Below, piece by piece: positions 1 to 12,718 of a stretch of DNA of 36,702 nt. The DNA comes from Octopus bimaculoides (taxonomy: Eukaryota): the NCBI RefSeq assembly GCF_001194135.2, contig NC_068982.1:23412316-23449017 (forward strand), given 5' to 3'. The position numbers and the translations under genes are program-made. Under the pieces are notes generated by a model. It was given only the letters and a program-made list of their open reading frames with translations. It was not told the origin of the DNA and made no database searches. Numbering within the stretch: position 1 is the stretch's first letter; each line of letters starts with the position of its first letter.

Positions 1-654
1 TATATATATATATGTATATATATACATACATACATACATATACAAATACATACATATATGCATACACACGTCGCGCACGCACGCACGCACGCAAACGCAC
101 ACCTCCGATCATTAATGTAGCATGCATGCATTAAAATGTAGTGAAACCCAGTTATCTATTGATCTTTTCTAAAAAGTTATTTGATAATAATTTTCTAGAC
201 ATCAATTGGCGGCGATACATTGTGATGAGTTCCGATAACCTAATTTCGGATCAAGAATCTGGTAGTGGACTAAACACGTTATTTTTAATGTCGTGTAATA
301 AATACACATTTCGTTTTGTTTATATATAGACATGAGTAAAGGTAATATCGACTATTATATATTTATATGGTTATATTCATCTCATAATTTCCAAAACGTC
401 ATTGTAATTACTGAGCTGACTTGTTTAGTACCGTTTCGGAAGTACCTGTAGTACTCATGGCGTTAGCTTGTGAACATATTCTCCTTACTGTCTATGAAAC
501 AGGTAGACGCTGGCGCCTTCTATCGTGAAAGTGTAGTTGAAATTCTTTTTAAAGAAAACTGCAAATAGTTTATGGCTAAAACATTGCAAATAGTTTATGA
601 CTAAAAACAATGTAAGTTTTCGATATTTCCTCATCATCTGTGATTTGAAATGGT

Positions 655-989
655 GAAGGCTGGTGGCTTAGTGGCTGGAGGTATCTGGTAAACGAGTGTA
701 CGGTCGTGAATTAAATCTTGATGGAGCGTTGTCTCTTTCATTAAGACACTTCCTTTCATTGTGCTGCAGTCCACCCAGCTGTCAAAAAATAAGTAGTACC
801 TGTATTTCAAAAGTCCAGCTTTGACGCATATTATTACATGCTGATGTGTCCGAGAACTACGTTAAGGGTACGCATATCTGTGGACTATGCAACCACTTGC
901 GCGTTAATTTTACACGTTAATTTTACGACGTTAATTTTACGTTGATCAGATCAACGCGAACCCTCCTTGTCGTTACCGACGGAGGGCCA
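655..989 (+). mobile_element. tRNA-derived SINE, decayed (octopus-type family ending ...ACCGACGGAG(G/T)GCCA)
   Basis: A-box TGGCTTAGTGG at 664-674 and a degenerate B-box at ~706-717, then an AAGACACTT...CAGTCCACCCAGCTG body. The 3' part is homologous to the reverse-strand fragment at 11169-11290. Family recognised from memory. Confidence 0.7.
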
Positions 990-1377
990 GTTTTCAAATA
1001 TATTCGAATTTGTAGCATTTGTCGGTGATAGAATCAATTTGAAAGGGACAATAAGATAATGCAATGATTTTACACGTCTACTTCTTATGCAATTATACAA
1101 GATGGTGTTCCTCACTCTACGCTTCGTAAATGCCAAAAGAGAAGTTCCTTTGGCAATATTTCACCTTGCTTTTCTTGCATCATTATTCATCCTTTGTAAG
1201 TGACGGAACGTGGTGTGGATTTAGATATTCACACACGTGCGCGCGCACACATAAGCACGTACACACATAAGCACGTACACACATACACACGTTCACAGTC
1301 ATATATACAAGAAAGTATTTATGTATATACTCGGAGAGATACGTAGAACTATACATATGTATATGTATATGCATATG

Positions 1378-1482
<105 letters not shown>

Positions 1483-2361
1483 ACATACACATGTATATGT
1501 TTGTGTGTGTGTATATATATGCATTTATTTATTTTTGTATAAACACGTTATCGCTCAGTAACTGCACATATAGTAATACGTTGTATACACATATGTATCT
1601 ACATACATATATGTATGTATGTAGATACGTATTATTCTTACGTTGATACATATACACACACATACTCACACGCACATGTACACTACACACCCACGCACAC
1701 ACAAACACAAACACACATATATACATTCACAGCCATGTCTTATTTAATAATACGAGTCACTTCATTCATGTACATCCGTAGGTAAAATTCCACACACGTA
1801 AACACATGGACACACTGAAAGACAATTTCTTTCTTTATCGCTACCCCTTTTTATCTACCTCTCACACTATTTATACCCAATAAATTTGACGTCCAATAAG
1901 AAATCTAAAGATATAATAAACATTTATGAATGACGAGAAAGGGTAGTATGCACATACTGTATGACATACCACGAAATAGAAACACACAGAATAACACGTG
2001 TTAATCATAATATGATACAGAACGGATATGAGAATAATGTAATACTTTGTGATCGATTCTCTTTAATTGCAATGTTTGATCAAATTTAATGCTGATATCA
2101 CAATTTACAAAGAGTAGAAGACACATACACACACACACACACACACACATACACAAACAGAAACATAGACACACACAGACACACACATATCTATACACAC
2201 ATATAGAAACATAGAAATGTATGTGTGTGGCTATGTGAGCGTATGTATAAACACATGTGCACAGAACTATTACATTGCAATATCATGCGTATACCAACTT
2301 TAATCATTCGCATTCACAAGCACGCTATTTCCAACTCATACACGCACCCGCACATACACGT

Positions 2362-2399
<38 letters not shown>

Positions 2400-2436
2400 A
2401 CACACACACACAGAGAAACACGCAGAGGTTTATATA

Positions 2437-2472
<36 letters not shown>
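2362..2472. repeat. (CA)n and (TA)n microsatellites
   Basis: Read directly from the sequence. Confidence 0.95.
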
Positions 2473-2477
<5 letters not shown>

Positions 2478-3244
2478 CCCGCATATACATCAAACTTACG
2501 TAAATAGATATATATTTAGATACGAGTACATGATATCTGTGTGTTAAGTGCAATATATCTGTCAAATGTAAATAATGTAAATAATGTACATAATTCCTCA
2601 TTTTTGAAATATGGAACTGTATAAACATTACTTCTTTATAAAATCCAAATGTCTTGGAAAGGACAAGCCAGTACGATTAAAACCCAGTCAACTCTCGTTC
2701 CAATGCCGGAAAGTTAACAAATAATTTGAAGAAGCTTGGAAATTTTGAATTTAATCTGAATCTTGGTGAAGTGTTGAAAATGCCTTTACTAGGTACAGCA
2801 ATGATTATTGCAAATTTACCAAAACAAAAGTAAATCAAGACACACCGCAAAAGGTTTAATCACATCTGAACAGATTTTGTATCTCTGAAGAACATGCATT
2901 TTTGCTATCTTTTGGACATCATTAGCTCCCTTTCTTTCACAAAATGCTAAGGACTTGCTATATTGGCATTTGGTTTGGCTATCTCTTGATGTTCTTTATT
3001 CGTTTCTTCTGCTATTATTAAATTTGCTGTTTCTGCCACATCAGCTTCCATGGTTGTTGTTTATGCAGTTGTTGTTGCCTTTGTTATTCATGTTATTTTT
3101 TTTTTATCAGTATGCTTCCTACATGAAACAAAACTGTCAAATGTTAGATGCTATCACGTATGCTATCAAGGCTAAATATATGTCGTACGTGCAACTGGTT
3201 TGTGTTTGAGCTGTGTAAGTGAACACTAGTTTTTTTTTTTTATC

Positions 3245-3598
3245 ATTTATCTTTTACCCGGTTCAGTCATTTAACTGCGGTCATGCCGGAGCACGTCTTT
3301 AATTTTTAGTCGAATGAATCAACCCCAGTCGTTATTTTAAGACTGGTACTTATTCTATCGGTTTCCTTTGGGGAATCGCTAAGTTACGGGGACATAAACA
3401 GACCAACACCGGTCGTCATATGGTGATGGTGGGGGACAAACACAGACACACACACAGAAATGTATGCGTAATATACACGACGGGTTTTTGCCAGTTTCCG
3501 CCAAGCAAATCCACTCATAAGGCTTTGGTCGGCTCGAGGCTATAGTAGAAGACACTTGCCCAAGGTGCCACGTTGTATACGGACCAAACTTCCACAGC
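3245..3598 (-). mobile_element. SINE, same family as 27192-27589, head partly deleted
   Basis: Reverse complement aligns by eye to 27192-27589 across GGCACCTTGGGCAAGTGTCTTCTACTATAGCCTCG, the internal CA/TG tract, ATAAGTAC and the CATGRCCGCAGTYAAATGACTGAA tail. Confidence 0.85.
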
Positions 3599-4535
3599 AA
3601 TTCAGAATTATTTCAAATGGCATTAGCTCTTAAGATTGTGCTACTACACTCAAAGGAAATATACATATTCTTTAACAAATTAGGAGAACCTCAACTCCCC
3701 TTTTTCTCCTCGTCCTTTTTTATTCGATATACAAAATACATTTTAAAATTATTCATGTGAAAAGTATTAATTAACACGTTACTTTCTGTGACCATTTCCT
3801 GTCAAGGCCTAGAACGTGCTCGCTCCTGTCGACTGAAAATGTGGTAATCCAGAGCAAAATCATAATAATATACTGTTTTCAGCAGTACAAAACTAAACAA
3901 GCATCGCTTTATATGACGTAAGTTTCGATTTAAAAGGACAGCCAGATTTCATTTGAAATCATGCCATCATAGAAATGATCGAGAACCACAAATACCGCAT
4001 CCAAATCAACAATGACAGCGACCACGCCAGTGACAAAGACCACAATGGTAGTTATATTGAATGTAACATTGATTGGTCTATTCTCACCCAACGGTTATAC
4101 AATATTTATTCATATAAAGCATCTTACAATAATAATGGCGACTAATGGTGAGAATTTTACAAAGGATGTTCTAATACGTTGGCACAATCGGAGTACCGAG
4201 AGCTAAAAGACAAGGAACTTAGATACATTCTAAATAACTCATGAACAATGTTTCAAGTAGCCCAGCATAGAGACAACAGTAGCAACACCGAATTGGTAAT
4301 ATTGGCGTCATTAAGATAATCAACAATACAGAATTTAAATTTTGTGAAAAGTATACAGATTTGTGGTGTGTTCGTAAAATCGATTTAAAAATATGCACGT
4401 CATAATTATCATATCGACCTCGGAATACAAAATATTAAAGTCGATTCTAATCACATTTGAATTTAAAATTTAATGGAACACATTTTGTCCAGCAAGCTCC
4501 TGGTTACGACACGAATTTCTCTAATAACATATATA

Positions 4536-4596
4536 NNNNNNNNNNNNNNNNNNNNNNNNNNNNNNNNNNNNNNNNNNNNNNNNNNNNNNNNNNNNN
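4536..4596. other. Assembly gap. Other gaps: 10391-10902, 21165-21292, 25603-25735, 28685-28911, 31334-32200, 33896-33941
   Basis: Runs of N, nearly all bordered by dinucleotide microsatellites, as expected for short-read scaffolds. Confidence 0.99.
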
Positions 4597-5265
4597 ATAT
4601 ATATATATATATATATATATATATAACGCTATGACACAGAAAATGGATGCGGGTAGTTTTTTTTTGCTGTTAGCAATAATATGTACCTTGGATGGATGAA
4701 AGAAAAATGTTATTCTCTGAAGGGAATTCAACTCACAACCTAAAGAGATGAGATACATTTGTTACCACGGTGTGACGTTTATGACATTCACTGCCCTCAA
4801 AACAAATATATTCTTAATAACAATAACATATTTTATTGTGAAAAAGGCACAAATACATTAAGAGATATTATTATACAATGAAAAATAATAGAATGCAATG
4901 AAAAATTGACAACTAAACACAAATGTCTCTATTTAGAAGTGCGAATGCATGCATAATTAGATATAATGGATGCATGCATAATTAAGTCGGAGGTGCTTAA
5001 ATATGCATGCATATGTAATTATGCATATTTAAAGAAATTACATGAATAAATATATTTCTCAAAACACCGACGTACAAAAGAGGAATGATTATTCAAATCA
5101 CACTGAGTCCTCAACTGACATTAAATCTCGAACTTGCTCATCCCCGCCCAACTCTCTGCACTATTTCTCCGGCTATAATAAGGCATACACTAACGTCAAA
5201 GCAGCGGTTTTTTCTCTCTCGTTGATCATACACGAATCGATTATTGAATTAAGTGCGAAATTGGA

Positions 5266-5342
<77 letters not shown>

Positions 5343-5400
5343 AAATAATAATAATAATGAAAACAATAATAATGATGATAATAATAATAATAATAATAAT

Positions 5401-5472
<72 letters not shown>
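5266..5472. repeat. (AAT)n microsatellite, 5' flank of the R4/Dong-like LINE
   Basis: Read directly from the sequence. Confidence 0.97.
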
Positions 5473-7402
5473 CAACAACGGAGTAGAAATCCCAGAGTGG
5501 TGACCACAGTTAAAATGTAATGCAGTAGATAATTATCAGTATATCTTCTGCTTACACTGACGTGGAAGTTGGTGGAAGGAATGATATCTGGTGGCAGGAA
5601 TGATATTTCATTGTGTGCATGACTTTCTGGAAATGATTGACAAACTGCCAATGGAACAGAAAGGATGCAGGTGAAAAGGATCCAATTCTCATACGCAGAA
5701 CAGTGCTGACTGACTGCAAGAAAAGACATACTAGTCTGGGTATGGCGCGAATCGATTATAAGAAATCGCATGGTATGGTCCGACATTCCTGAATTTTATG
5801 AAGTATTGAGTTGGCACAAGTGTCTAATAACATCTTGAATTTAATCAGGAGATGAGTGGAGAGCAGGTATAAACAAATAGCATCATGTGGAGCATTTTTG
5901 ATGGGGGTAATATCATTATAATTATATTTCAGAGAGATAACCTGTCACTATCGCTGTTTGTGATGTGTATGACACCCCGCACACAGATATTAAAGAAAGT
6001 GGCATTGGGGAACACCTTGAAAAGTGGAGAAACATTAATTAGCCTGTTATATATGTATGAATTAAAGATCTTTCGGAAGAGGGAACGGGAAATAAATAGT
6101 CTCATTTCAACAGTGCAGATATTCAAAACGGATATCGGCAAGAGATTTGAGATTAAAATATGCGGTATGCCGATCATAATAAAAGACATAATAGTGTCAT
6201 GTAATGACATAGAACTACCCGATAAGATTGCTGGATATACATATCTGAATATTGTGGAGTATGAAAACATCAAGGAGAGTGAGATGAAGGAAAGCTTTAG
6301 GTGAGAATACCTCAGAAGGACCAAACTAATTATGGAAAGTAGAATCAATGCAAAGTTCAAAACAAAAGCAATGAACACATGGGCCGTTATCTTAATCAAA
6401 TGCGGCGCAGGTGTTGTTAGGTGGACAAAGTACGAGTTTAAGAATATGGATATAAAACGAGGAATAGAGAACTGCACCCAAAAAGCGATATTGATAAACT
6501 GTATGTACCTAGCAACTAGGTAGGAAGAAGCCTCATAGAATGCAAGATCTGTGTTTTCAATAAGGAAAACAGTCTGGGATGGTATGCCAATCAGCAGAGC
6601 GAACCCTTGCTTGCAACTGTTAAAAGTTATAACACGTTACCTATTGAAAATGGGACGCATTCAAAATATTTAAAAAAACAATGTGAAAAGATGGACTGAG
6701 AAATTGATAAGTTGCGGCCAAGAACAAACTCAGAAATAATTACACCAAGTTCCAACTAGAAAGAGCAGTGAATTGCACCTTTGTAAGATGAGTGGCAGCT
6801 AAAAACGAAGCAATCTCACATGTAAGTGACTGTAGAAAATTGGCTCAAAATCACTACAAAAGGAGGCACGACAACGTGGTTAAGTTTGTTCACTGGAGTC
6901 TACGAAAAATACGGTCTGCGATTTGGCACAAACATGAACCAGAAAACATCACAGAGAATAATGAATAAAAAACTGTGTCAGATTTTATAATCCGATGTGA
7001 CTCTCTTATTGATACGTGGAGGTTAAATATTGTTGTAGTGGACAAACGGAAAAAGGACACTTGTGTCATAGATATTGATTACCTGGGGATGCACGCTCCG
7101 GGGACAAAGATATGGAAAACATGGTAAAATACAAGATACTAAAAGACAAAATTGCAAGAATGTTGACACCGAAGAGTGTAATTGTCATCTCAGTAGTTGT
7201 TTAAGGCACTCCGTGCAGTAACAACCAAGTTCGACAACTTTGACAGGAGTCTTTTTGCGTATCTTCCACGATACTTAACGTCCAAGTACCAAGTCTTATA
7301 ATTTGCGGAGAGAGACCCCGTGAGACCACTGACAGCAGGATGCTGTCTACTCTGATAGAATTAGCCAGAACAAGTAAGATTGAGAGCCTTGAGAAGTAAA
7401 AT
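5473..7402 (+). mobile_element. 5'-truncated, degenerate R2-group (R4/Dong-like) non-LTR retrotransposon: RT, CCHC knuckle, restriction-like endonuclease and 3'UTR
   Basis: Broken frames give LPMEQKGC, DCKKRHTSLGMARIDYKKSHGMVRHS, FQRDNLSLSLF (cf. FQGDSLSPLLF) and LLYMYELK (cf. LYMDDLK). These are followed by a zinc knuckle with KLAQNHYKRRHDNVVKFVHWSL (~6780-6905) and RLNIVVVDKRKK..VIDI (PD..D RLE region). Many stops and frameshifts. Confidence 0.9.
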
Positions 7403-8650
7403 ATACGATTATATTATATAACAATTCTCTATTTCTTCCATAATCTAACCATCGCCATACATTCTTCGCATTCTCGTATAGAGTGATTAAAATGAAAAAT
7501 ATTAGATATTATCAAAAACTCAAAGTGTTATGGGTATTTCTCGTAGCTAGAATTTTCCCTCCACTTATATTACGATAATTTTATAAGGAATATATTATCA
7601 TCATGATCTTCAATTACTAGGGAAGAGAAAAATATAGGATAGTGTTGACCGGAATGCTCTGATGATGTCTGACATCCTCATTGCTGACCGACACAGTAGT
7701 CTAATGACGGAGACAGTAGGATTACTTGATCGATTAGAATTAACAGTCAAATTTCTCTGAAATCATTCTCTGCTGTCGTAAAATTTAGCAAGAGATAATT
7801 TATTGAGCTAAAAGTATGGGGAGGTCACGGATGAGAAGTCTTCGATCGCATGTCTTCTAGTTCAGCTCCAGCCTGGTGATAAAGAATAACGTAGACATAA
7901 AAATCACATCAAGCCCAACGAAAATAATGATGTTACACTGTACGCAATACGGTTATCTTCCTTGTGTTGTTGTAGGAAGAAATCACATGATTTACATGAA
8001 GCTACCAAGAAGACATTAACAATTCAGTTATGCTAAAAAACAACATTTCACTATGTAGATAAGAATCATTTTTAGTTTTGATGGTATGTCTTTTCTTTAG
8101 CTCACCTTTATGGAGATGCTTAGGATAGGCTCTTTAAATAATAAATAGTGATAGACTTGGCCCCACGTACGTAATTTACAGTTTTCAGTTCGTTGTTTTA
8201 TTGTTGTGAGATTAAATTCTATCCCAATCGATTTAGCATTTCATACCATCACTATCAATGAAATAGTCATTTCTTTCTTATTGTCTTTTATTGTTTTCAT
8301 TGTTCTTATTGTCTTACCATTTTTCATTTTATTGTTAATGTTATGTGATTCCTGTCACGTCTTTTTTTTCCATGAGAGAATAGTTCCGATGCAATGGACA
8401 CCTCACTCTAGTTAAGTATGTATTTCTCCGTAGTGGAAATGGGACGAAAGTCTAAGTTGACATGAAAAGAAATTACATTATAATGTAAAGTAACTCAACC
8501 ACGAAACACAAGATACAGATCAGATTGAAATATCAAATAGGAATGTACATACATACATGCATGCATACATACAAACATACATACATACATACATATATAC
8601 AAAAATAGATACACGTACACACGTACCTATGTCTTTATATATATATCCAC

Positions 8651-8695
<45 letters not shown>

Positions 8696-8741
8696 TGTGT
8701 GTGTGTGCGTGCGTGTGCGTGTACGTGATTGTATGTGTGTG

Positions 8742-8772
<31 letters not shown>

Positions 8773-10359
8773 GTGCTGAAATTAAAACTAGCTATTTTAC
8801 TTCACCCAGGAACAACTGATGTACTGCATTAAACAAACTGTAATCTTGGTTTATGAATGTTATTGAAGTAACAAGTGTTGTTCAGTTCTATACATATATG
8901 ATTGTATAGCAATTTTTATCTCCGGGGCGTGGCATTTCAGTACATTAAGTAAAGAACAGAATTTCAATCTGACAAAGGTTTGCTAACGATGTAGATTACT
9001 GTAACTAAACACATTCCGTTACTTTTCATTTCGTGGCTGTAATAATTGTGACATTTCTCCGGGCCACTTTGTGCAAAAGCCCCATCTTTTCCTCATCTCT
9101 GTCAAGTATTCCTTAAGAGAACTTGAGATAAAATGACTTCTATAAGAAACAAACGCAATTTGATTTTGCGACTGCATTCCCAAGCGTGACCAGCTGAAAT
9201 TTTGTATGTTATCCAACCATTATGTTTTCATTCTATACTTAGATCTCCTGCCGAATAGCTTGGCCTGAAGAATCCCTCTCGAGATTCATTTCTGCGACGT
9301 TCTAATCACATACCCGTCGTACCGGATATGTGACATCTCAATATGATGATCATAATTTAAGAGATAGTACCAATGATCCCATCACAATTATTGTAATGTT
9401 TCTTTCGCACCTCAGTTAATATTATCCTCTGTGGTTCGACATTTTCGACAAAATCCAGCGGTTTACAAGTCTATTGCGGTTTTGGGCGGTATGAGCGATA
9501 ATGGAAATATATGATGTTGAGAAGAGATATAAATAAATAAAGAAGCGTATATATAAAATAATTTAAAGACTTTAAATACGTACTCTCTTATGCGGGTTAC
9601 GAAAGCAATGAGGCAAATATATACTGATTTAGAATACCAATGGGACAATACTAGAGGCAAATTCGCATTCATTCTGATGATAGTAAAATGTATTCTTGTA
9701 AAAAAATTCGAAAACGCATCTAAAACACCATATTGATTATTACAGAGTAAGAAAGAAAAATCTTGAGGAAACTTGTAAAAGAAGTAAAATCGAAACTCTA
9801 TGACGATATAAAAAAAAAACACAACGTAAACAAAAATGCAATTCGAAGCAATAACATTATAAGAAAGAGAAATATAAATGTAAACGATAAAAAGAAATGT
9901 ATAATAATAGAAAGGGAATGCTGGCAAATAGATATTTTTCTCCTCTATTTAGATATTTTTAGTTTGTCTTTGACAATTCTCACATTCGTCTCATTTCCAT
10001 ATTATTTTAATGCTTTCTATTTTAACGACTATTTCATGCCATTTGGTGGCATTGATATGTGACATGATGGCCGTTGGATGTAACTTGGAACTGCGGTTAA
10101 TATTTGACCTTAGAGGTTTGTATATCACATAAAAAGAAGCTTCTGTAGACGTTATGTGAGAATGTGTAGAAATGGGAAGTTAAAGGAAGAACGCACGACC
10201 CCATGTTATAATACAATACACACTTACAAACATATAACATATACATGCACATATACAAGCACATACAGACACACAAACGCATGCACGTATACACACACAC
10301 ACGCAGAAAAACACAATAGGCAAAGACACAGTTTGAATACATATATATATGTCTATGCG

Positions 10360-10390
<31 letters not shown>

Positions 10391-11136
10391 NNNNNNNNNN
10401 NNNNNNNNNNNNNNNNNNNNNNNNNNNNNNNNNNNNNNNNNNNNNNNNNNNNNNNNNNNNNNNNNNNNNNNNNNNNNNNNNNNNNNNNNNNNNNNNNNNN
10501 NNNNNNNNNNNNNNNNNNNNNNNNNNNNNNNNNNNNNNNNNNNNNNNNNNNNNNNNNNNNNNNNNNNNNNNNNNNNNNNNNNNNNNNNNNNNNNNNNNNN
10601 NNNNNNNNNNNNNNNNNNNNNNNNNNNNNNNNNNNNNNNNNNNNNNNNNNNNNNNNNNNNNNNNNNNNNNNNNNNNNNNNNNNNNNNNNNNNNNNNNNNN
10701 NNNNNNNNNNNNNNNNNNNNNNNNNNNNNNNNNNNNNNNNNNNNNNNNNNNNNNNNNNNNNNNNNNNNNNNNNNNNNNNNNNNNNNNNNNNNNNNNNNNN
10801 NNNNNNNNNNNNNNNNNNNNNNNNNNNNNNNNNNNNNNNNNNNNNNNNNNNNNNNNNNNNNNNNNNNNNNNNNNNNNNNNNNNNNNNNNNNNNNNNNNNN
10901 NNGTTATTTCCCTTCGTCAGCGTCCGATAGCTACCGACCTTTGATGAGAGGTATAAATTCTTGGCAAAAAAAACAGGACACAGTAGTGTGTCAATAAGCC
11001 AGCTGGAGGAGATGTCCTCCTGGGGATAAAGCAACAGTAACATCCACCCCTAGGGGTCAGCCACACTTAAGTGGCAATACACTTCACTTTATCGTGCAGT
11101 TACTGTTAATACTTCATTTAGAGAATTAACATTGCT

Positions 11137-11168
<32 letters not shown>

Positions 11169-11290
11169 TACTCCGTTGGTTACGAGGACGAAGGTTCTAG
11201 TTGATTCGATCAATGGAACAGCCTGCTTGTGAAATTAACGTGCATGTGACTGAGCACGCCACAAACACGTGTAACGTTATCCGGGAATTC
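11169..11290 (-). mobile_element. 3' fragment of the SINE family at 655-989
   Basis: Reverse complement reads CACGTTAATTTCACAAGCAGGCTGTTCCATTGATCGAATCAACTAGAACC...GTAACCAACGGAGT, matching 895-985. Confidence 0.7.
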
Positions 11291-11423
11291 TTGAAGGAAT
11301 TTATGTTTTCGTGTAATATTAAAGAGAGCAGGGCCAATTAAGTTGAAATAGTTGTGCCGTAATGTTGTTACGTGTTGCCCGTATGATTTATGTCATGGGC
11401 GGATAGCATGGGGCTCAAGTCAT

Positions 11424-11425
<2 letters not shown>

Positions 11426-11472
<47 letters not shown>
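11426..11472. repeat. (TG)n microsatellite abutting the mariner left end
   Basis: Read directly from the sequence. Confidence 0.97.
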
Positions 11473-11474
<2 letters not shown>

Positions 11475-11475
<1 letters not shown>

Positions 11476-12661
11476 CAGGTTGGTGAACATGGGTGATGTT
11501 TTAGAAAACTATTTTGGATAATATTTTTTTTAAATTGCGCCTCTTGCAATGTTTGAAGAATGTCACAATGAGTAATTCATACATTTTCGTTCAGATTCTG
11601 ATTGTACTGGCCATAATCTTGTGCTATATTCACACCCAAGTCCGTCCCATCTGAAGACACTTTAGACATATCCTACTCTATGAGTTTCATAAAGGTGCCA
11701 ATGCAAGTACAGCAGCAATGTCTCTTCAGAGAGATTATGGGGATGATGTAGTGAATGAAAGAAGGTTCAAGGGGATGGTTTTCTTACTTCAGAAGTGGGC
11801 ATTTGAGTTTGAAAGACGAGTGAAAAAACAGTCATTCAAAACAACTTGATTCCGAAGAGTTGGAAGCTGTTGTGACAGAAAGCCCATCTGCTACTCGTAG
11901 AGAACTTGCAGAGCGATTTAACGTAACCCGGACAACTGTTTTACATCAACTGAAAAGAATCCGAAACATTTTTTCAGTGGTTTGAAAAAGAGTTGTGCAC
12001 AAACTGTCTCCAGAGAATCTGCAACAGAGTGTTCTTTTTAAGACACCTTAGGTGACTATTTTTATTGATTTCACGACACCTTAGAGGACTATTTACAGGA
12101 AGGCCTGTTACTAGAGACGAGAAGTGAATCTGTTACCATGACGTTAAACGCCGCCGATCGTTGATCAGTCGAGGTGCTTGTTGATCAGTTCAACAATCAA
12201 CGAAAGGACTTCATCCAAGGAAAATCTTGTTGAGTGTATCGTGGGATATTGAAGAAATTGTCAACAATCAAAGAATTACTGCTAATCTCTATTGTGATAA
12301 AATTCATCGTTTGTAAGCTATTTTGAACAGAATGCGAACCTGCTTGGTCAGCAGAAAGGGTGTCATGTTCCACTATGATAATGATTGTCTTCACACAAAT
12401 GGACTGACCAAAGATCTCTTGGAAGAGCTTGGTTCGGAAATATTGCTTCATCCTCCATATTCTCCAAACCTTGCTCCTTCTGATTATCACTTGTTTCGGG
12501 GACTGCAGAACCATTTGAATGGTCTTAGGTTGGCATTGAGAGAAGAGGTTGAAAAATGAGACTGAATCATATTTCGCATTAAAACCTAAACAGTCTTATT
12601 GTCTTAATCATGGGCTTTTTCATTTTTAGTCGAGACCTTAGAATTGGTCATTAGCTTTGTA

Positions 12662-12664
<3 letters not shown>
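11475..12664 (+). mobile_element. Degenerate mariner (DD34D) DNA transposon
   Basis: Left end is TA|TCAGGTTGGTG. Translated pieces: LYEFHKGANASTAA, ELEAVVTESPSATRRELAERFNV, TRDEK*ICYHDVKRRRS, KGLHPRKILLSV, FHYDN and HPPYSPNLAPSDYHLFRGLQNHL. The right TIR is partial and runs into (TA)n. Confidence 0.9.

Positions 12665-12712
<48 letters not shown>
12665..12712. repeat. (TA)n microsatellite
   Basis: Read directly from the sequence. Confidence 0.97.

Positions 12713-12718
<6 letters not shown>

Noticed and set aside
2955-3209. 84-aa hydrophobic ORF, and a minus-strand N-rich/Cys-containing frame resembling a gag fragment
   Set aside because: No complete CCHC knuckle or other diagnostic motif; composition is explained by TTG/CAA-rich low complexity.
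3974-4206. Short + strand ORFs (MIENHKYRIQ..., MTATTPVTK...)
   Set aside because: 56-64 codons with no convincing splice sites or recognisable family; within chance.
5042-5503. 153-aa ORF running through poly-Ile into LINE sequence
   Set aside because: An artefactual fusion of unique DNA, (AAT)n and the LINE frame.
7640-7890. Possible very old SINE-like repeat
   Set aside because: Only a vague resemblance from memory; no second copy or Pol III boxes in the window to support it.
9682-9720. CTGATGA...CGAAAAC hammerhead-like words
   Set aside because: No stems I, II or III can be formed around them.
9463-10062. 154-aa hydrophobic minus ORF and 99-aa K/N-rich plus ORF
   Set aside because: F/Y/I or K/N bias follows directly from the strand-asymmetric AT-rich sequence; no domain.
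10180-11043. Long ORFs crossing N-gaps (also 21105-21548, 28643-28953, 31186-32344)
   Set aside because: They are open only because N codons are not stops.
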